DNA of 63,702 nucleotides, the filler included, from Pirum gemmata (lineage: Eukaryota), in assembly GCA_002812295.1 (NCBI GenBank). It is 10 parts of 10 records of this genome, joined end to end, with 100 filler letters (N's around TTAATTAATTAA, not from the genome) between each part and the next. Parts side by side here need not be neighbours in the genome. Positions count along the whole stretch, not along the records: positions 44,829 to 51,043 come from PDIN01000306.1; positions 51,144 to 57,368 come from PDIN01000307.1; positions 57,469 to 63,702 come from PDIN01000308.1; 7 more parts are not named here. The stretch is one strand, 5' to 3'. A program made the position numbers and the translations under genes. The notes under the pieces were generated by a model. The model saw only the letters and a list, made by a program, of their open reading frames with translations. It was not told the DNA's origin and did no database searches. This document shows, in pieces, positions 50,465 to 63,487 of this stretch. Each line of letters starts with the position of its first letter. Position 1 is the stretch's first letter.

Positions 50465-51499
50465 ATTTTTGGGAGAGGCAGTCACGCCACCGGTCCGCCC
50501 GATTTTATTAAATTATAAATAATAATTATTCTCTTTTAAAAATATTCCTTTCTTTTGTACTTGAAGAAAACGCAAACTTAGTTTGGGTACGACTGTTTCA
50601 TTTTGTTAGCATTTTTAGTTGACAACTTGTTGCTCCTTTATCTAAACAGATTTGTAAATTGATAAAATATGAAAGTCCACATATTTTTATTTTCAAACAA
50701 TTTCTTCGAAAAAAAGAAATAGAAAGCCCTTTTCTCTGACACTGTATATAAGCTATTATGCTAGTGTTCGTCTCTTTCTCAAATGCTGTTTATGTTTTCC
50801 TTTTTTTGGTATTTTTATTCCTGTGATTAAACTTACCTTTACTTTTTTGGAGGTGGTGGAGGTGGAGTTGTTGCAGTTGTAGTGGTGGTAGTGGTGGTAG
50901 TAGTGGTAGTAGTAGTGGTAGCAGTAGTAGTAGCAGTGGTAGTGGTGATAGTAGTAGTAGTAGTGGTAGTGATGGTAGTAGTAGTAGTGGTGGTGGTAGT
51001 GGTGATAGTAGTAGTGGTGGTGGTGGTGGTGGTGGTGGTAGTANNNNNNNNNNNNNNNNNNNNNNNNNNNNNNNNNNNNNNNNNNNNTTAATTAATTAAN
51101 NNNNNNNNNNNNNNNNNNNNNNNNNNNNNNNNNNNNNNNNNNNTTATTACTATTATTATTATTATAGTTATTTTAATAATATTATGATAAAAAAATGTGA
51201 GATCCAAAAAAGTTTCTAAATTCTTTTATATTCTTTTGTAAACTAAAAGTTAAGCTAAAACAGTACTAAAACAGCTATGAAATAAGCCTATGATACTATC
51301 GATAAAACAGTACTAAAACAATACTTACACATTCCTCAACTGAAGCCGCCAGATTCCCTTTTCTAGCCTTAAAAAAGGGCTCTTAGGTAGAAAAAGGCGT
51401 TGAGTCTGTTCAATTCTTTTTTGATTCTTTCTTGATAGTCTAGACTATATCTGATAGCCTAGTTTATAATTATGATAGTCTAGGTAGTCTACGAAGTAG

Positions 51500-52935
51500 T
51501 TAGTTTGTCATCATAAAATATTCAATAAATAGCTCCAAATTAATATGATATAAATCCATTTAATTTAATTTGGTATATTTTATTATCTATGTATTAATTT
51601 AAAAATGTCAATTTAAAGATTATAACCCTCCAAATAAATATTCAGAGTTGACAAAATAAATGAAAAAGGGACACTGAGGGGACCAAGGGATTTATAAGAT
51701 AGACTATCGTGTGGAATTCTTTTTCGAGCAACTTTGTTTGGTCTTGCGAAAAAAAGTTTCTATGATTGTTGTCGGCTCAATCTTTAATTTGGTACGGATT
51801 AATTATAAAATACCAAAGTAATTAAAACATGTCTGTTAGTGTTTTTTTAACCATAATAATATCGATAATTTGGTAGAGTTTATTTCAGCTTTTGAACTGA
51901 ACAACACTAGTCTATTGAAAAATCTGATTGAAAAATACGATCGACTATTGATAGAACTATTGATAGGTGATGTGATGTAACGCCAATTTCTGGTCAAACA
52001 CAGCTTCAAACACCCCTACCTACCTACCCCTCGACGTTAATTTCCGGTCAAATACCACCTACCTACCTACCCCTTGACGTGACGTATTATTTGAACGCTC
52101 CCATAGGTGGTAGACTAGTTTAAAAATTATCGAATGTTGATTTTCAAAAGTTCGAATACTGTTCGAGTTAATAAAATGAGGTCATTCTACCCCCTCATAT
52201 TCTTGGCTACAAAAGCTAGATAATTTTATTAATAATATTATCATACCGATATCATTATTATAATCATAAGTTCATAACAGCAGGTGTCATTATAACTATT
52301 ATCCTGATATCATAATAATCATATAGATAAAAGGTAGACAGAGTTATTACTAGGATAGAGTTACTATTATAACTTATAATAAGACTATGATAGAAAGCGA
52401 GTTAGACCCATTTATATAACTGCAGCTTATCATAATAATTATTAGACTATCATAATAATATAATATATAATAATAATCATGATATTATGATATCGATAAT
52501 GATAATAATAGTATATTATATTATTATTATAATTATGATAGACTAATAGTTGTTTTGTCATCATAAAATAAACAATAAAGAGTACCAAATTAATAATATA
52601 TAAATCCATTTCATTTAATTTGGTATATTTTATTATCTATTTATTCAGTTTAAAATGACATCTTAAATATTATAACCAGCCAAATAAATATTCAGAGTGA
52701 CAAAATAAATGAAAAGCACAATAACTCACACTTCCAAGTCTATCGCCCTCTTTTCAGTTGTTTTCTCATCATAAAATATACAATAAAGAGTACCAAATTA
52801 ATACAATATAAATCCATTTCATTTAATTTGGTATATTTTATTATCTATTTATTCATTTAAAAAAAGTCAATTTAAATATCATAATCAACCAAATAAATAT
52901 TTTGAGTGACAATAATATATAAATGAAAAGCATTC
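51500..52935. mobile_element. MITE cluster: family A (~51503-51668, ~52548-52721, ~52743-52933), A2 (~51770-51940), B (~51975-52102)
   Basis: Alignment by eye to the family consensus sequences. Confidence 0.8.
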
Positions 52936-52994
52936 AGTATCTGAAACAAATAGTTGTACAAGTAGACCCCAGTCTATGCTAGCTAGGTCTATGA

Positions 52995-53265
52995 CCCTAA
53001 CCCTAAAACCCTAACCCTAACCCTAACGGTCCTAACCCTAACCCTAACCCTAACCCTAACCCTAACCCTAACCCTAACCCTAACCCTAACGGTCCTAACC
53101 CTAACCCTAAAGGTCCCTAACCCTAAAGGTCCCTAAGGACCCTAACCCATTGACTACTTTATCGATATTTTTTCTTCAGGATATTTTTTGGTTTTCAGGA
53201 CCTATCATTGTGGTGCGCAAAGGTAAACACGATAAAACATATAAAACACCAAAAAATCAAAACGT

Positions 53266-53322
<57 letters not shown>

Positions 53323-55413
53323 CCTTAGCTGAAGCTGAAATCATCCACAAACCCTACCACTTACACTGGCCACTAACACTAATAGCAACCCTAACCTTAA
53401 CAACACAAACACTAGCATTAACACTAACACTAACACTAACAACACTAACACTAACGCTGACACTAAAATTAACATTAAAACACTAACACTAACACTAACA
53501 ACCCTAACACTAATACTGGCACTAAAATTAACATTAACACTAACACTAACAAGTACAGTACTAGTACTTTAGGTCCGTAGAGGACCAAATCAGAGTCTCC
53601 TATCGATATCATATATGGTATGATTATTTATTTATTTATTTATACCATTAATATAATTATATATATTATCATAATTTGTATTTAATACAATATAAATAAT
53701 CATTAAACGCGTATACAACTTTTATTAGAAGTTGCAACAAAAGCATGAATCATTCTTTAGCTGCCATTTCAAGAAATTGGAAACATTAGCTATATTATAC
53801 CAGTAACCCTAACCCTAACCCTAACCCTAACCCTAACCCTAACCCTAACCCTAACCCTAACCCTAACCCTAACCCTAACACTAACGCTGACACTAAAATT
53901 AACATTAACACTAACACTAACACTAACAACCCTAACACTAATACTGGTACTAAAATTAACATTAACACTAACACTAACAAGTACAGTACTAGTACTTTAG
54001 GTCCGTAGAGGACCAAATGACTGTTTAGTAGTAGTAATCTGGTAGAGTTTTTACTCATAAGTTTTCTCCTTGTTGATTCTACTTTCTGCGCATGCCATTT
54101 TGCATGTTCTTTGTTTTCACAATTTCCCATATTGATTATAATACAACATAACCACAACCCTAATCCTAATCCTAACCCTAGCAATAAAAAGATAAACCGA
54201 ATAACAAAATTTTAACAAATAATACATATGCATAATATTTGATATAAAATAATAAATTACATTTTTTATCTAAGGGTCTTTGTGGAAACTTTAGATAAAC
54301 ATGTGAAAATGTCTGTGAATTACACTTACTTTTTAATGCCGAAAAGGTGCCTTAATAACCCAAACCCTAATTTATAACTCCTCACAACCCTAACTTATAG
54401 CTCAATATTAATGCTACTCCTAATCCCTCACAACCCTAATCCTAAATCTAATTCTAATCCTAATCCTAATCCTAATTCACCCTAACCCTAACCCTAATTT
54501 TAACCCTAACCCTAATTTTAACCCTAACCCTAATTTTAACCCTAACCCACACCCTAACCCTAATTTTAACCCTAACCCTAACCTAACCCTAACCCCAATC
54601 CTAACCCTAACCCTAACCCTAACCCTAACCCTAATTAATAATTTATAACCATAACCCTAACCCTAACTTATAATCCTAATCCTAATAAACATATCCTAAT
54701 TTTTTAACCCCTAACCTCTAACCCTTAACCTAATCCCAACCTTTTAAACCAAACCTTTTACCCCTAACCCTGACCCTAACCTTTTACCCCTAACCCTGAC
54801 TCTAACCTTTTACCCCTAACCCTGACCCTAACCTTTTACCACTAACCCTAACCTTTTAACCCAAGCCTCTTACCCCTAACCCTAACCCTAACCTTAGCAG
54901 CTTTTAACCCAAACCCTTTTACCCCTTACCCTTACCCTAACCTTTTAACCCTAACCTTTTACCTCTAACCCTAACCCTAATCTTTTTAAAACCCAAACCT
55001 TTTTCCCCTAACCCTAACTCTAACTCTAATTCTAACTCCAACTCTAACCTTAACTCTAACTCTATCTCTAACTCTAACTTTAACTCTAAACCAAACCCCA
55101 ACCATAACCTTAACCTTAACCTTACTTAACCTTAATTAACCTTAACCCTAACCTTAACCCTAACCTTACCCTAACCTTAATCCTAACCTTAGCCTTGACC
55201 CTAACCCTAACCCTAACCTTAGCTTTGACCCTAGCCTTAACTCTAGCCCTAACCTTAACCTTAGCCTTGACCCTTACCCTAACCCCTCTAACCCTAACCC
55301 TAACCCTAACCCTAACCCTAACCCTAATCCTAATCCTAAACCCTAAACCTAACCATAGCCCTGCCAATAACAATAATACCCTAACCCTAATCCTAACCCT
55401 AATCCTAACCCTA
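52995..55413. repeat. Extensive interstitial telomere-like arrays (CCCTAA plus CACTAA, TCCTAA, CTCTAA, CCTTAA variants) interleaved with unique blocks
   Basis: Perfect runs at ~53032-53090, 53805-53878 and 54602-54635. A duplicated variant block at 53440-53590 and 53870-54018. Confidence 0.9.
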
Positions 55414-55963
55414 ATTCAACTTCAAATGTGCTTTTGAGAAACAAACCACTTGGCTTTGAAAATAATATCCAGGTTTTGTATATAACGTATATTATATACA
55501 ATTAAATTTAATATTGATTATAATTATATACAATTAAATTTAATATTGATTATTGAAAAGAGTTAAAATGATTAAAAAACATTTTATAAATAGTAATTCT
55601 TTAAATTTTAATAAAATAAGGATAATACTTTTTTAAAAAAAATAGTTGTTGCATATATAGATAGGAACATACCTGTATCGAAAAGCGTTTTGATTATATC
55701 ATTTTCAAGTTTAATTAGTTAATTATAAGCAGATAATATTATTGCCTTTTAAATTTTTGGTTTTTAATTAATTACATTTTTAAAATAATTTTACTGATCT
55801 TTATTTAGTAACAACTTTGCAACCCATGGTCATTGTAGAACTAAGACTAAAAAATGAACCCCCCTCCGAAAAAATAAATATGAATGACATTGTGCATTTT
55901 AAAACTAAAATTAAAATGTGAACATTAAATGACTATCTATAATGTATATCAAAAAAAAAGTGA

Positions 55964-57271
55964 TTACTTTCTTTTTCTAAGCTTTTTCTTAATATTTTCT
56001 GAGATAACAACACCTTCATCATCATCTTCAACATTATGATCATCAATATCATGAAGAGCGTTCGGTTGAGGTGTTCCTTTGGTAGAAGTTATTTCTTCCT
56101 CAGAATCATCATCATTTTTGGATGAAGTTTTTTCTTCTTCCACATCATCATCAGCACTTTCGCTGTCACTTCTAGCATCCCCTTCAACGGTGCCTTTACC
56201 AAGCATCGATATTGCCATTCTTACAATAATAGAAAACCAAAAAATATGTAAAATCAGTAAAGTAAACAGTAAAGCACTAAAAGCCATGAGAGTTGGTATC
56301 CATGGGACATCACTAGCGAGGTAATCCCATAGCGTAAGACCCACCATCTCTTGATAGGTATCAAACATAACAGAATACAAAATATGAAAAGGGAAAACGA
56401 TGATACGAGACACAAAAAAAGTAATGGCAAATCCAACAAATAGATTATCAGCAACAGCATCATACTTAGCATAGTTAAAAGCTTTTGCTAAATCTAGGAC
56501 GATATCAGAACAATCATGAACCGCCATAACAAGAGTCCCTACTTTCCAAAAGTTGGTTATGTAAGAAAAGAAAATCAAGGCTACGGTAGCAAAGTGGTGA
56601 ATAACAAGTTCGATAAAATCTTTACGTTTGTTATCGAAAGGTAAAGTTATCAAACAACCAACATAATAACTAAGTTGGATGTAGTAGTATAATCGTGTTC
56701 CAGAATCAATATCAACTTTTCCTAAACCTTTCCAGCAATCAGTAATATCCCAAAACCATGGTCTATTTACTAATACACACATACCCCAAGCGAAAGAAAA
56801 TAAATAAAAGATAAACCGAAAACCCGATTCAGCAAACTTGGTAATTGTTGGAGTTATATCAGCTTTATGTCTTTTACGCATCCAATTTTGTACTTCATAT
56901 TCTGATTTACCACTTGCCTTACACAAGGCGACGAGTTTTAAGCCAGATAATTTTTTCTCTTTCAATTCTTTTGAATTAATATATTCTTTTTCAAAAAGTT
57001 TATTGTCCTTGTACAATTTTTTAGGCTTTTTGATACCTAACCATATTCCAAAATAAAATAATACATATCGCTCCATAAAAATACGAAGTAAAAGTACTAG
57101 AATGCAACCAGGAATCACATATATCAGATCATGCAGATGGGCTGCATTGGGGTATTCATTTAATCCCTCCCAGGTTAGCCCAGGTGGAAGCCAAAACCAC
57201 TCAGAAGTGGTTTGATTTAAGCCAAAAAGCCTATCATACAAAGCTTGGTCAATTACTTGGGATTTTACCAT
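55964..57271 (-). CDS. Ceramide synthase (TLC/Lag1 domain) with Hox-like segment, CerS2-6 type
   Basis: FWLPPGLTW N-terminus, EVQNWMRKR homeodomain-like helix, KFAES, Lag1 motif RKDF...IHH...VHDCSD, DARSDSE acidic tail. Confidence 0.95.
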   Translation of the reverse strand: MVKSQVIDQALYDRLFGLNQTTSEWFWLPPGLTWEGLNEYPNAAHLHDLIYVIPGCILVLLLRIFMERYVLFYFGIWLGIKKPKKLYKDNKLFEKEYINSKELKEKKLSGLKLVALCKASGKSEYEVQNWMRKRHKADITPTITKFAESGFRFIFYLFSFAWGMCVLVNRPWFWDITDCWKGLGKVDIDSGTRLYYYIQLSYYVGCLITLPFDNKRKDFIELVIHHFATVALIFFSYITNFWKVGTLVMAVHDCSDIVLDLAKAFNYAKYDAVADNLFVGFAITFFVSRIIVFPFHILYSVMFDTYQEMVGLTLWDYLASDVPWIPTLMAFSALLFTLLILHIFWFSIIVRMAISMLGKGTVEGDARSDSESADDDVEEEKTSSKNDDDSEEEITSTKGTPQPNALHDIDDHNVEDDDEGVVISENIKKKLRKRK

Positions 57272-58159
57272 TTTTATTGTTTATTGTTTGTTTTTTTGTT
57301 TGTGTTTGTTTTATACTCTTCCGATTATTATAACAATAACAATAATAATAATAATAATAATAATAATANNNNNNNNNNNNNNNNNNNNNNNNNNNNNNNN
57401 NNNNNNNNNNNNTTAATTAATTAANNNNNNNNNNNNNNNNNNNNNNNNNNNNNNNNNNNNNNNNNNNNTTATTGATTTAAAAATGTCAATTTAAATATTA
57501 TAACCCTCCAAATAAATATTTATAGAGTAACAAAATAAATGAAAAAGCACAATAATAAAAAGTATGATTTTAATTAAAACAACAAAATGTCATATACAGA
57601 TTATTAAGTATATAACATTATAGTGATTATATATTATAACAGAAAATCGATCATTAATATCCACAACAAAAATTTAACTTGTGATTTCTGGAATTATATT
57701 ATAATATCATTTGATTTTACCATATGATGATAGATTATTATCGTATTCAAAAGCAACCCCATAATCAAATTATTATATAAACTTACAAATATATAGTCTT
57801 GCACATTATAAAAATAAAATCAATAAAAGTTAATACATATAATTAATAATGACAATCATTAGGTGACAATTAAATCATTAACTTATATACCAAAGTATTA
57901 TGAAATAAATCAACAAATTGCTGGGTTTTTACTAATGATTTTGGGGACACCCAGACACCACTAGATTATATTCTAGATATTATATTTTTATAGTATATTA
58001 TTATTATTATTGTTAACCAGACCGTGAACCAGACCGTATTAATTACCACCTGGCAACCGACGAGTAAAAATAAATCTACTGGCTAGAATATTAATACTAA
58101 AACAGAAACACAGATTGTATACGATAGTGAGTAATAATAATAATAGTACTACTAAGTTA

Positions 58160-58383
58160 TGTAGTGCTTTTCAGTTGGGTTGTCATCATAAAACATACAA
58201 ATAAAAAGTGCCAGATTACCTAACCCTAACCATAACCCTAACCCTAACCCTAACCCTAACCCTAACCCTAACCCTAACCCTAACCCTAACCCTAATTATC
58301 TATATATTAATTTAAACATGCCAATTTAAATGTTATACCCCACCAAATAAATATTCAGAGTGACAAAAGAAGTGAAAAGCATA
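58160..58383 (+). mobile_element. MITE family A copy interrupted by (CCCTAA)n at 58219-58295
   Basis: Family A left and right halves flank about 12 telomeric units. Confidence 0.85.
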
Positions 58384-59297
58384 ATAATAATATGAATGGT
58401 TGAGTTTGAACCTTTGAATAGTCTAACTAGCTAGGTTTGAAATTTACTACCTACCCCTTGACGTGACGTATTATTTGAACGCTCCCTGTAGACTATATTA
58501 TATATCGATAGAAGAAAAAGAACTGGAAAAAACAATATTATAATAATAAGATTTATTATTCGATTTATTGTTATTATTATTATTATTATTTTTATTATTC
58601 GATTTATTGTTATTAGTCTATTATTTAATTATAATATTAATTATATTATCTATTATTATTATTATTATTATTTTTACTGATAGTCTATTAGATATTTTAA
58701 TTAAAAAGATCACTTGGAAGATTGGGAGATTTTCCACCTCAATAAAGTAAGCTATAAAGCTGAGAGCAATAAAGTATATATAGCCACTTTATGCGATAAA
58801 AGCGGTGGTATGTATACCGGTATATAAAACTTGATACTATATATGTATATATATGATAAATATGATAATAAATAATAAATAATGAATAAGAGTATTGAGT
58901 AAGTACTGAGTATTATAAGTGTATTATATGTGTAATATATTATTATAAATACTAGCTAGGTTTAGTAATGTAGTATGTACTATGATTTTCTAAGAATTAA
59001 TATTGTATTATAATATATTAATTAAATCAAAAAAAAGCATAGTTTACTTATAGACTAGTTTATTATAGCAAGCTTCAACCATCTTCTGAAAGGAAAACAA
59101 TCTTATTTATTTTTTCGTCATATTATTTATGATCATGAGAAAATTAGAAATTTTGTTATAAAATTTAATATTATATTAAATCTTTTTTTATTTTTTATCA
59201 AGAGGAAGAACTACGGTCAACACTACCACAGCCAGCACTATCATAATACTTATCTGATAGTAGTTGACAAAAAGAGTATCTATCAATAGTATCGTTC

Positions 59298-62195
59298 GTA
59301 CCTTTCATTTATTTTTTCATTCCGAATATTTATTTGGAGGATTATAATCTTTAATTGGACATTTTAAATCTAATGCATATATAATAAAATATACCAAATT
59401 AAATTAAATGGATTTATATTGTATTAATTTGGTACTATATATTGTTTATTTTATGATGACAAAACAACTGAAAAGCACTATTATAATATTAGTCTATGAT
59501 GATAGATAGAAAAAGCAGTGAAAAAGCCCTGTAAAAAGACCCCACGGTAAAAAGACTGTAAAAAGACGGGGGGGGTCTAGTCTAAAAAGAGTCAAAAGAG
59601 GTTTACAAAAAGAGAAGTAAAAAAGGAGAAAAATGAGGGAACAATCATAAAAAGGATGCATGCCACTTATTCTTTGATAGAAGTCATTGCTCGAAAGTGT
59701 GACTTCAACTGTTTTAGGCAATAATTAATTATTAAAAAATGAACTTTAAAATTATGAACAAACGTATTTTGGGCAAAGAGGCATAGGTAAGATTAGGTGA
59801 CGTCCTTTTTATACACGATAAAGGTTATTATTAGAAAAACTCTAAAAAATCTACTAGCTACAATACTTCTTTCTACAATATACTGTGATATATCATAATT
59901 ATAATAAATATAATGTATTCATAATATCGTGCTTTTCAGTTATTTTGTCGTCATAAAATATACAATAAATCGTACCAAATTAATACAATATAAATCCATT
60001 GCATTTAATTTGGTATATTTTATTATATGTTTATTTTTTTAAAAGTATCAATTTATATATTATAAACAGCCAAATAAATATTCGGAGTGACAAAATAAAT
60101 GAAAAGCACAATATTATTTAAATATAATGTATAATATACGATTATCGATATTATGACCTACTACTAGTAGTAGAGATCTACTACTCTAAAAGACAAGACA
60201 TATGTGTTTTTCATTTATTTTATCACCCCTGTATATTTGTTTGGTAGGGTTACAGGGGTTAAACTGATATTTTTAAATAAATAAATAGATAATAAAATAA
60301 AGCAAATTAAATTAAATGGATTTATATTGTGTTAATTTGGTATTCTTTATTGTATAGTATGACAAAAAACTGAAAGGTATTATGATAATACTAGACTATA
60401 TACTAACTAGGTTAGACTAGCAAGCTAGTCAATGAGAACTACATTATGAAAACTACATGAAAACTACATAATATATGTACTTAATTAACATGTGTCATCA
60501 TGAAATATACAATAAAGAGTGCCAAATTAATACAATATATATCCATTTTATTTAATTTGGTATATTTTACAATCTAATTGTTAATTTAAAAATATCAATT
60601 TTTAAATATTAAAACCAGCAAAATAAATATTCACAGTGATAAAATAAATGCAAAGCACAATAGTGAATAGAGTGAGTAGCATAGTCTAATTGTCAAAAGT
60701 TCATTTATTTTGTCACTCTGAATATTTATTTGGTTGGTTATAATATTTAAATTGGTATTTTTTAAATTAATAATTAGATTATAAAATATACCAAATTAAA
60801 TGAAATGGATTTATATTGTATTAATTTGGTACTCTTTACTGTATACTTTATGATGACAAAACAACTGAAAAGCATGATAATTATAATTATGATAAATTTT
60901 ATTATTTATTTCGACTACCTACGATCTGACTACGATACATAAGGGAGCGTTCAAATAATACGTCACGTCAAGGGGGAGGTAGGTAGGTGGTATTTGACCG
61001 GAAATTAACGTCGAGGGTTTGTAGGTAGAGGGTATTTGAAGCTGTATTTGACTGGAAATTGGCGTTACGTAATATTTGAACTCTCCCTAACACCCAAACA
61101 AAATAAATAAATTAATAGTCTAGTATAGCGCTTTTCATTTATTTTGTCACTCCGAATATTTATTTGGTTGGTTATAATTTTTTAATTGGCATTGTTAAAT
61201 GAATAAATGAATAATAAAATATACCAAATTAAATGAAATGGATCTATATTGTATTAATTTGGTACCCTTTATTGTATATTTTATGATGACAAAACAACTG
61301 AAAAGCGCGATAGCATGTAATAATAGTAACAACAACGATAATAATAATAATTTTATAATATTATTATTTAATAATAATAATAATAATAATAATGTTATAT
61401 TAATATTATTATTAATCAATTAATAATAATAATAATATTAATAACTTTTAATCTATTTATATTTATATAATTATAATGTTATTAATTAAACATGCCGCTA
61501 TAGTCTACTAGCAAACAGTATCTAGACTACATAATATTTTACTCTCAGCACTTAGTTAGTACTGTACTGCACTAATAACACTACTGTGTAACCCCCGAGT
61601 GGGGGTAACTTGAGCTGCTGGGTGTTGTGGGAAAGAAGTTGATAGATAAATCGGGCTCATTTTTTTATGGTAGACACCTACGTTACAGCTTATTAGTAAT
61701 ATTAAATTACAAGTATATAGTTAATTTATATAATATATAATAAATATAGTAAATAAACTGTTTTTTTTCGCATATATAGCAAATTTCAGGTTATTTTCAA
61801 AAATAACGTAACCGGAAATTATATATAGACGTTAATGTGATTATATATAGACGTTAATGTGATTATGTGAGTATTTACATTCTTAAAAAATAGACTTTCA
61901 ATTTAAGATTGTAAATACTCATATTAATTAACGTCTATATAGAAATGCTTTTACAACAATTGGTATTCTTATTTATGAAATCATAAATATTAAAGAATGC
62001 CAATTGTCGTATAGCACTTTTCATTTATTTTGTCACTCCGAATATTTATTTGGTTGGTTATAATTTTTTAATTGACATTGTTATTAAATGAATAAATAAT
62101 AAAATATACCAAATGAAATTAAATGGATTTATATTGTATTAATTTAGTACTCTTTATTGTATATGTTATGATGACAAAACAACTGAAAAACACGA
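59298..62195. mobile_element. Dense family A cluster: ~59298-59480(-), 59927-60111(+), ~60203-60380(-), ~60493-60660(+), ~60698-60877(-), 61126-61310(-), ~62012-62194(-)
   Basis: Repeated consensus with TIRs and TA flanks. Confidence 0.9.
60943..61087 (+). mobile_element. MITE family B reference copy (145 bp, PIF/Harbinger/Tourist-like); others ~58445-58486 (partial) and ~62260-62400
   Basis: TAA|GGGAGCGTTCAAATAATACGTCACG...CGTTACGTAATATTTGAACTCTCCC|TAA: 25-bp imperfect TIR and 3-bp TAA TSD. Confidence 0.9.
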
Positions 62196-62439
62196 TTTGT
62201 ATAGAGTCCTGTGAGTAGAAGTTTTTATTTGTTTTTTGTCAGAGTTTTTACACTGCAGTAAGGAGCGTTCAGATAATACGTCACGCCAAGGGGTAGGTAG
62301 GTAGGTTGTATTTGACCGGAAGTTAACGTCGAGGGGTAGGTAGGAACGGGGTATTTGAAGCTGCATTTGATGGGAAATTGGCGTTCCGTTGTATTTGAAA
62401 CCTTACTTACACAAGCCAGATTTTTATTTTTTTTAACAG

Positions 62440-62641
62440 CAAAGCTGGATAATAAAACCGCGGAAATTTTTTTTGGACTTTTTTTCTAAAAACTAGCCAA
62501 ATTATTATAAAACCTGAATATTGGTTCATAATAGAGATAATAGAGTTTCATTAGTTAGAAAATTTCTCAAAATTCGGTAGTAGAGTGTCTACTTTTATTT
62601 TTTTAAAAAAATTGGAAAAATGCCATTTTTATCCGGCTTGG
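62440..62641 (-). mobile_element. MITE family C copy
   Basis: aagctggataa...gccatttttatccggcttgg|TA. Confidence 0.75.
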
Positions 62642-63305
62642 TAGTTAAAAAAATTAAAAATAAAAAAAATAGATATAATAAATTACAGAATAAATTATGA
62701 TAATAAAAATAAGGGAATAATAATACTGGAGTAATCACAATCACAAGGCTGTATCAGATATGTATAATATTATTATGTACCAGCCAGTATGCATGTACTA
62801 TGTATGGTATCAGATCAATATAATTTTTATATATTATAAATTATAATAGCTCTATCGATATCAATAGCTAGCTAGTTCAGCTGCTAGCTAGTTCACTCAG
62901 CTCCACTCCACTGTTCCCCAGCCTCCTCCAGTCTACTGTCTACAAACAAACGATCTGAAGTTTGGGCCAATAAAAAAGAAAAAATAAAAAAATCTGGAAA
63001 AAAACAAAAACTGTATTCACAATGAGAACTCGTGTGGCCCGGTGTGGGAAGTTCACTGAGAACTGGATGGAGTCTTGCGGGGAATTTCTCTGGAGTCTGG
63101 ACTCTGGAGAAAAAAAGTAGAAAAAACTAGGGAGAAAAATTTCTGAAAAAACTAAGGAGGAGAAAAAAGTTCAAAAAACCGAAAAAGAACCTGGAAAAAG
63201 ACCAGTGGAAAAAGAACTGAGAAAAAAGAAAAAAGATGATAAGAAAAAAAATAGCTGTACAGGAGGAGCGTTTCGTTTCGTTTCAGTCGAGGCTGCGCTT
63301 TAGTA

Positions 63306-63487
63306 GGGAACGTTCATAAAGGACGTCACTTATTCTTTGATAGAAGTCATTGCTCGAACGTGTGACTTAAAACTGTTTTAGGCAGTAATTAATTATTAAA
63401 CTGAACTTTAAAATTATGACCAAACGTGTTTTGGACAAAGAGGCATAGGTATTAACGATTAGGTGACGCCCTTTGTGGATGATTCCT
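63306..63487 (+). mobile_element. MITE family E (Harbinger-like TIR GGGAACGTTCATAAAGGACGTCAC); second copy ~59637-59815
   Basis: Two copies share ~150 bp; TIR resembles that of family B. Confidence 0.75.

Noticed and set aside
42663..57271. Apparent lipid-metabolism gene cluster
   Set aside because: The genes lie on different pieces separated by artificial linkers.
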